Of a stretch of 64,000 nt of DNA, positions 61,982 to 64,000 are shown piece by piece. The DNA lies in assembly GCA_965649825.1 (NCBI GenBank), contig OZ287694.1, positions 2,492,902-2,556,901 on the forward strand. The letters run 5' to 3'. Under the pieces are notes generated by a model. That model did no database searches. It was not told where the DNA came from and saw nothing but the letters and a program-made list of their open reading frames with translations. Source of the stretch: Penicillus capitatus (lineage: Eukaryota; Plantae; Chlorophyta). The translations under genes and the position numbers were made by a program. Each line of letters begins with the position of its first letter. Positions within the stretch are counted from its first letter, which is position 1.

Positions 61982-64000
61982 TGATACAATCGATATCTTT
62001 TTGAAAACAAACGTCTGCCGAATTTAACCTCTTCGATATTTTCGCGTATCAAAATGGTTTCGGAGCTGCGAACCTCGAAAATCGACCTCGAAACGTTTAC
62101 CTCTATACTCGGTTCCGCGGCACTCGTCGAAGACGATTACCGCCCACGCATCAAACATGTTGTCCAGAAGCTAGAGCCGAGGTCGCCGGCCTTTGAGCTC
62201 TTCAGACAGGCGCTTGAGCGCGTCGAGCCCCATTTCCGCTCGCACGCTACTTTCCAGACGGCATTCGTAGGTGACGACGCAACTGTCCAACAATTCTTCG
62301 CCGCCCAGGCGGCACCCACGACGGAGAACAAATGGACCATCGTGCGGGGAATAATACTCGCAGCGTGCCTAGTATCCTCGCTGTCAGCTGAAGAACAGCT
62401 AGCGAGATGCACAAAGGGAAAAGGAGTGACATTGTCAGACTTCGTGGACAAGTACCTTGCCGCCTGTACCGTGTCCACCGCGTCCAGGGAGAATCAGGTC
62501 AAGACATTGTACCGGAAGCTGCCGGCCAATCTCAAGAAGCTGATGCTTCACCTACCTCCGACGGCAACACCGGCCGATATGCGCATGGTGATGCGCAACA
62601 TGAGCTTCTGGGAATCAGGGGCAACAGGAAGGGCTGAACCCGATGAGGATGCCATGGACATTGATCTGAGCATAATTCAAGCGAATGCCGCCACGACGGA
62701 TGGAAGGGTGATCATGAATGACGGGACGATCAATTTTTCCGCTATCACGAACGCAGGCAGAGTCATGGTTGGGGCCGGCGAGATCTGCAAGACATCAAGA
62801 CGCGAAGCACAGAACATGCTAAGGTTCCTTCAGCGAATATGCAACAACCAAGACGGACCAACAAATCAGAGGAGGCCAATGAACCAACTAAGAAGATGGG
62901 GAGGACGCCGCGCATTTGTGGCAGCAGAGGAGATCGCACCCGAAGGAAGCGGGGAACCAGTATGCGAGACGCTGAGTCAGGGAGGAGAAGAAGACACCGA
63001 GCAAGACATGTCGCGAACCTATGCGGCACAAACGACGGGGAAAGGAAAAGAACAGAAAAAAGTGATGAAGCTTGGACTGGTCTCACAGAGCCACCTTGGT
63101 TACCCAAGAAAGATCGACACTTTAGTCGATACAGGGGCAGAGTCCTCAATCATGTCCCTTGCGCTAGCCAAGGAACTAGGGGCTAAAATCGTACCGGACG
63201 GGACGAGACTGCTTCTCGCCCACGGGAAGACGGCATAAGTCACCGGGAAATGCGAAATAGACGTGTCCATCGAGAAGACCACACATCCGACCTTCCGTCT
63301 GGATTGTCTGGTGCTACCGAACCCAGGGTATGATTTGCTCTTGGGGATAGACGCGATGACCAAGAACCAGATCTCGGCGCACCCACACAACAGATCGGTA
63401 AGCATCAAAGGGCGAAACATCAAATGCCTCTTTGCGGGACCAAGAATGGACAAGGAAGTGAAGAATGGGGTCATCAGACAGGGGGACATTGGGCAATTAA
63501 CAGAACGAGTTGAACATCTCCCAGCGATTAAGGGAGATAGGATTCAGGTGCCCTTGAACAAATCAGTAGTCTTGGGACCAAAAGAAAGCCGCATGGTGAA
63601 GACACCGATCGTCATTCCGAGAACAATGGTGCACCAACGAACGCCATCGTTGCACCTCACTTCTCTGTACACCTGGGTGTACAATACGAGACCTTCTCGA
63701 CCCTAACCTTGACTAACCATCGCGAGGAGCCCATTCGTATCACGGGGAAGACGACGATTTTTGAAATCCCCGCACAAACAGGAGAAGCCCAGATGATCCG
63801 CGATTGCAATGGACAGCGACACCAGCTGCGCGGGACCAGGCAATCTTTTCCCAAGCGGCAGTAGACCAGCAGTCAGGCCTACTGTCGAGAAATCCGAAAA
63901 CTGACTGCTGCGGTATGGAACAGCTGCTGATTGAATTCCCAGACGTCATCCGTGAAGGAATTGGGCGTTTTTCGGGTCGGGAGGTCGGCATCGACGACGC
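61982..64000 (+). mobile_element. Second Ty3/gypsy element, 3'-partial (gag, protease, dUTPase-like, start of RT); LTR start uncertain
   Basis: ..GTATCA then AAA then PBS TGGTTTCGGAGC (62055-62066); gag with DAMDID; LVDTGAESSI protease; in-frame TAA at 63236-63238; frameshifts downstream. Confidence 0.85.

Noticed and set aside
63236-63238. In-frame TAA in the element 2 protease, suggesting the TAA/TAG=Gln code of some ulvophytes
   Set aside because: ORFs of 536, 538 and 1208 codons contain no internal TAA/TAG, and conserved genes end at TAA/TAG at the expected positions (SmE, DLAT, LTO1). This is a TE nonsense mutation.

Overview
Eukaryotic nuclear DNA from a chlorophyte green alga. Evidence: green-lineage plastid IMPL1 and GGPPS, gene-dense layout, many ~45-60 nt introns, standard genetic code. 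The exact taxon cannot be determined. Bases 1-48.7 kb hold about 20 mostly housekeeping genes: USP7-like MATH protein, DSN1, SmE, DLAT, PP2A B', PIG-O, LTO1, GGPPS, SDR, purN, Gfo/Idh/MocA, mitochondrial EF-G, PRP38, NDOR1, IMPL1, CobW, CHI-fold protein, VPS8 and strumpellin. Bases 50.6-64 kb are an accessory block with a ~1720-aa NLR-like NACHT-HEAT protein and nested Ty3/gypsy LTR retrotransposons. Highlights: (1) a complete short-LTR element whose first ORF has a signal peptide, coiled coils, transmembrane helices and a CCHC knuckle but no capsid domain I can recognise; (2) the NACHT protein's 13 tandem 37-aa HEAT repeats vary at fixed positions; (3) a ~550-bp inverted duplication marks a ~10.6-kb inversion and allows an in-frame spliced DSN1::PIG-O chimera; (4) a ~500-nt fold-back; (5) both retroelements share a primer-binding site that implies an unusual initiator-like tRNA; (6) a secreted hyperacidic protein. 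All gene models and domain calls were made by eye, and no database searches were run.
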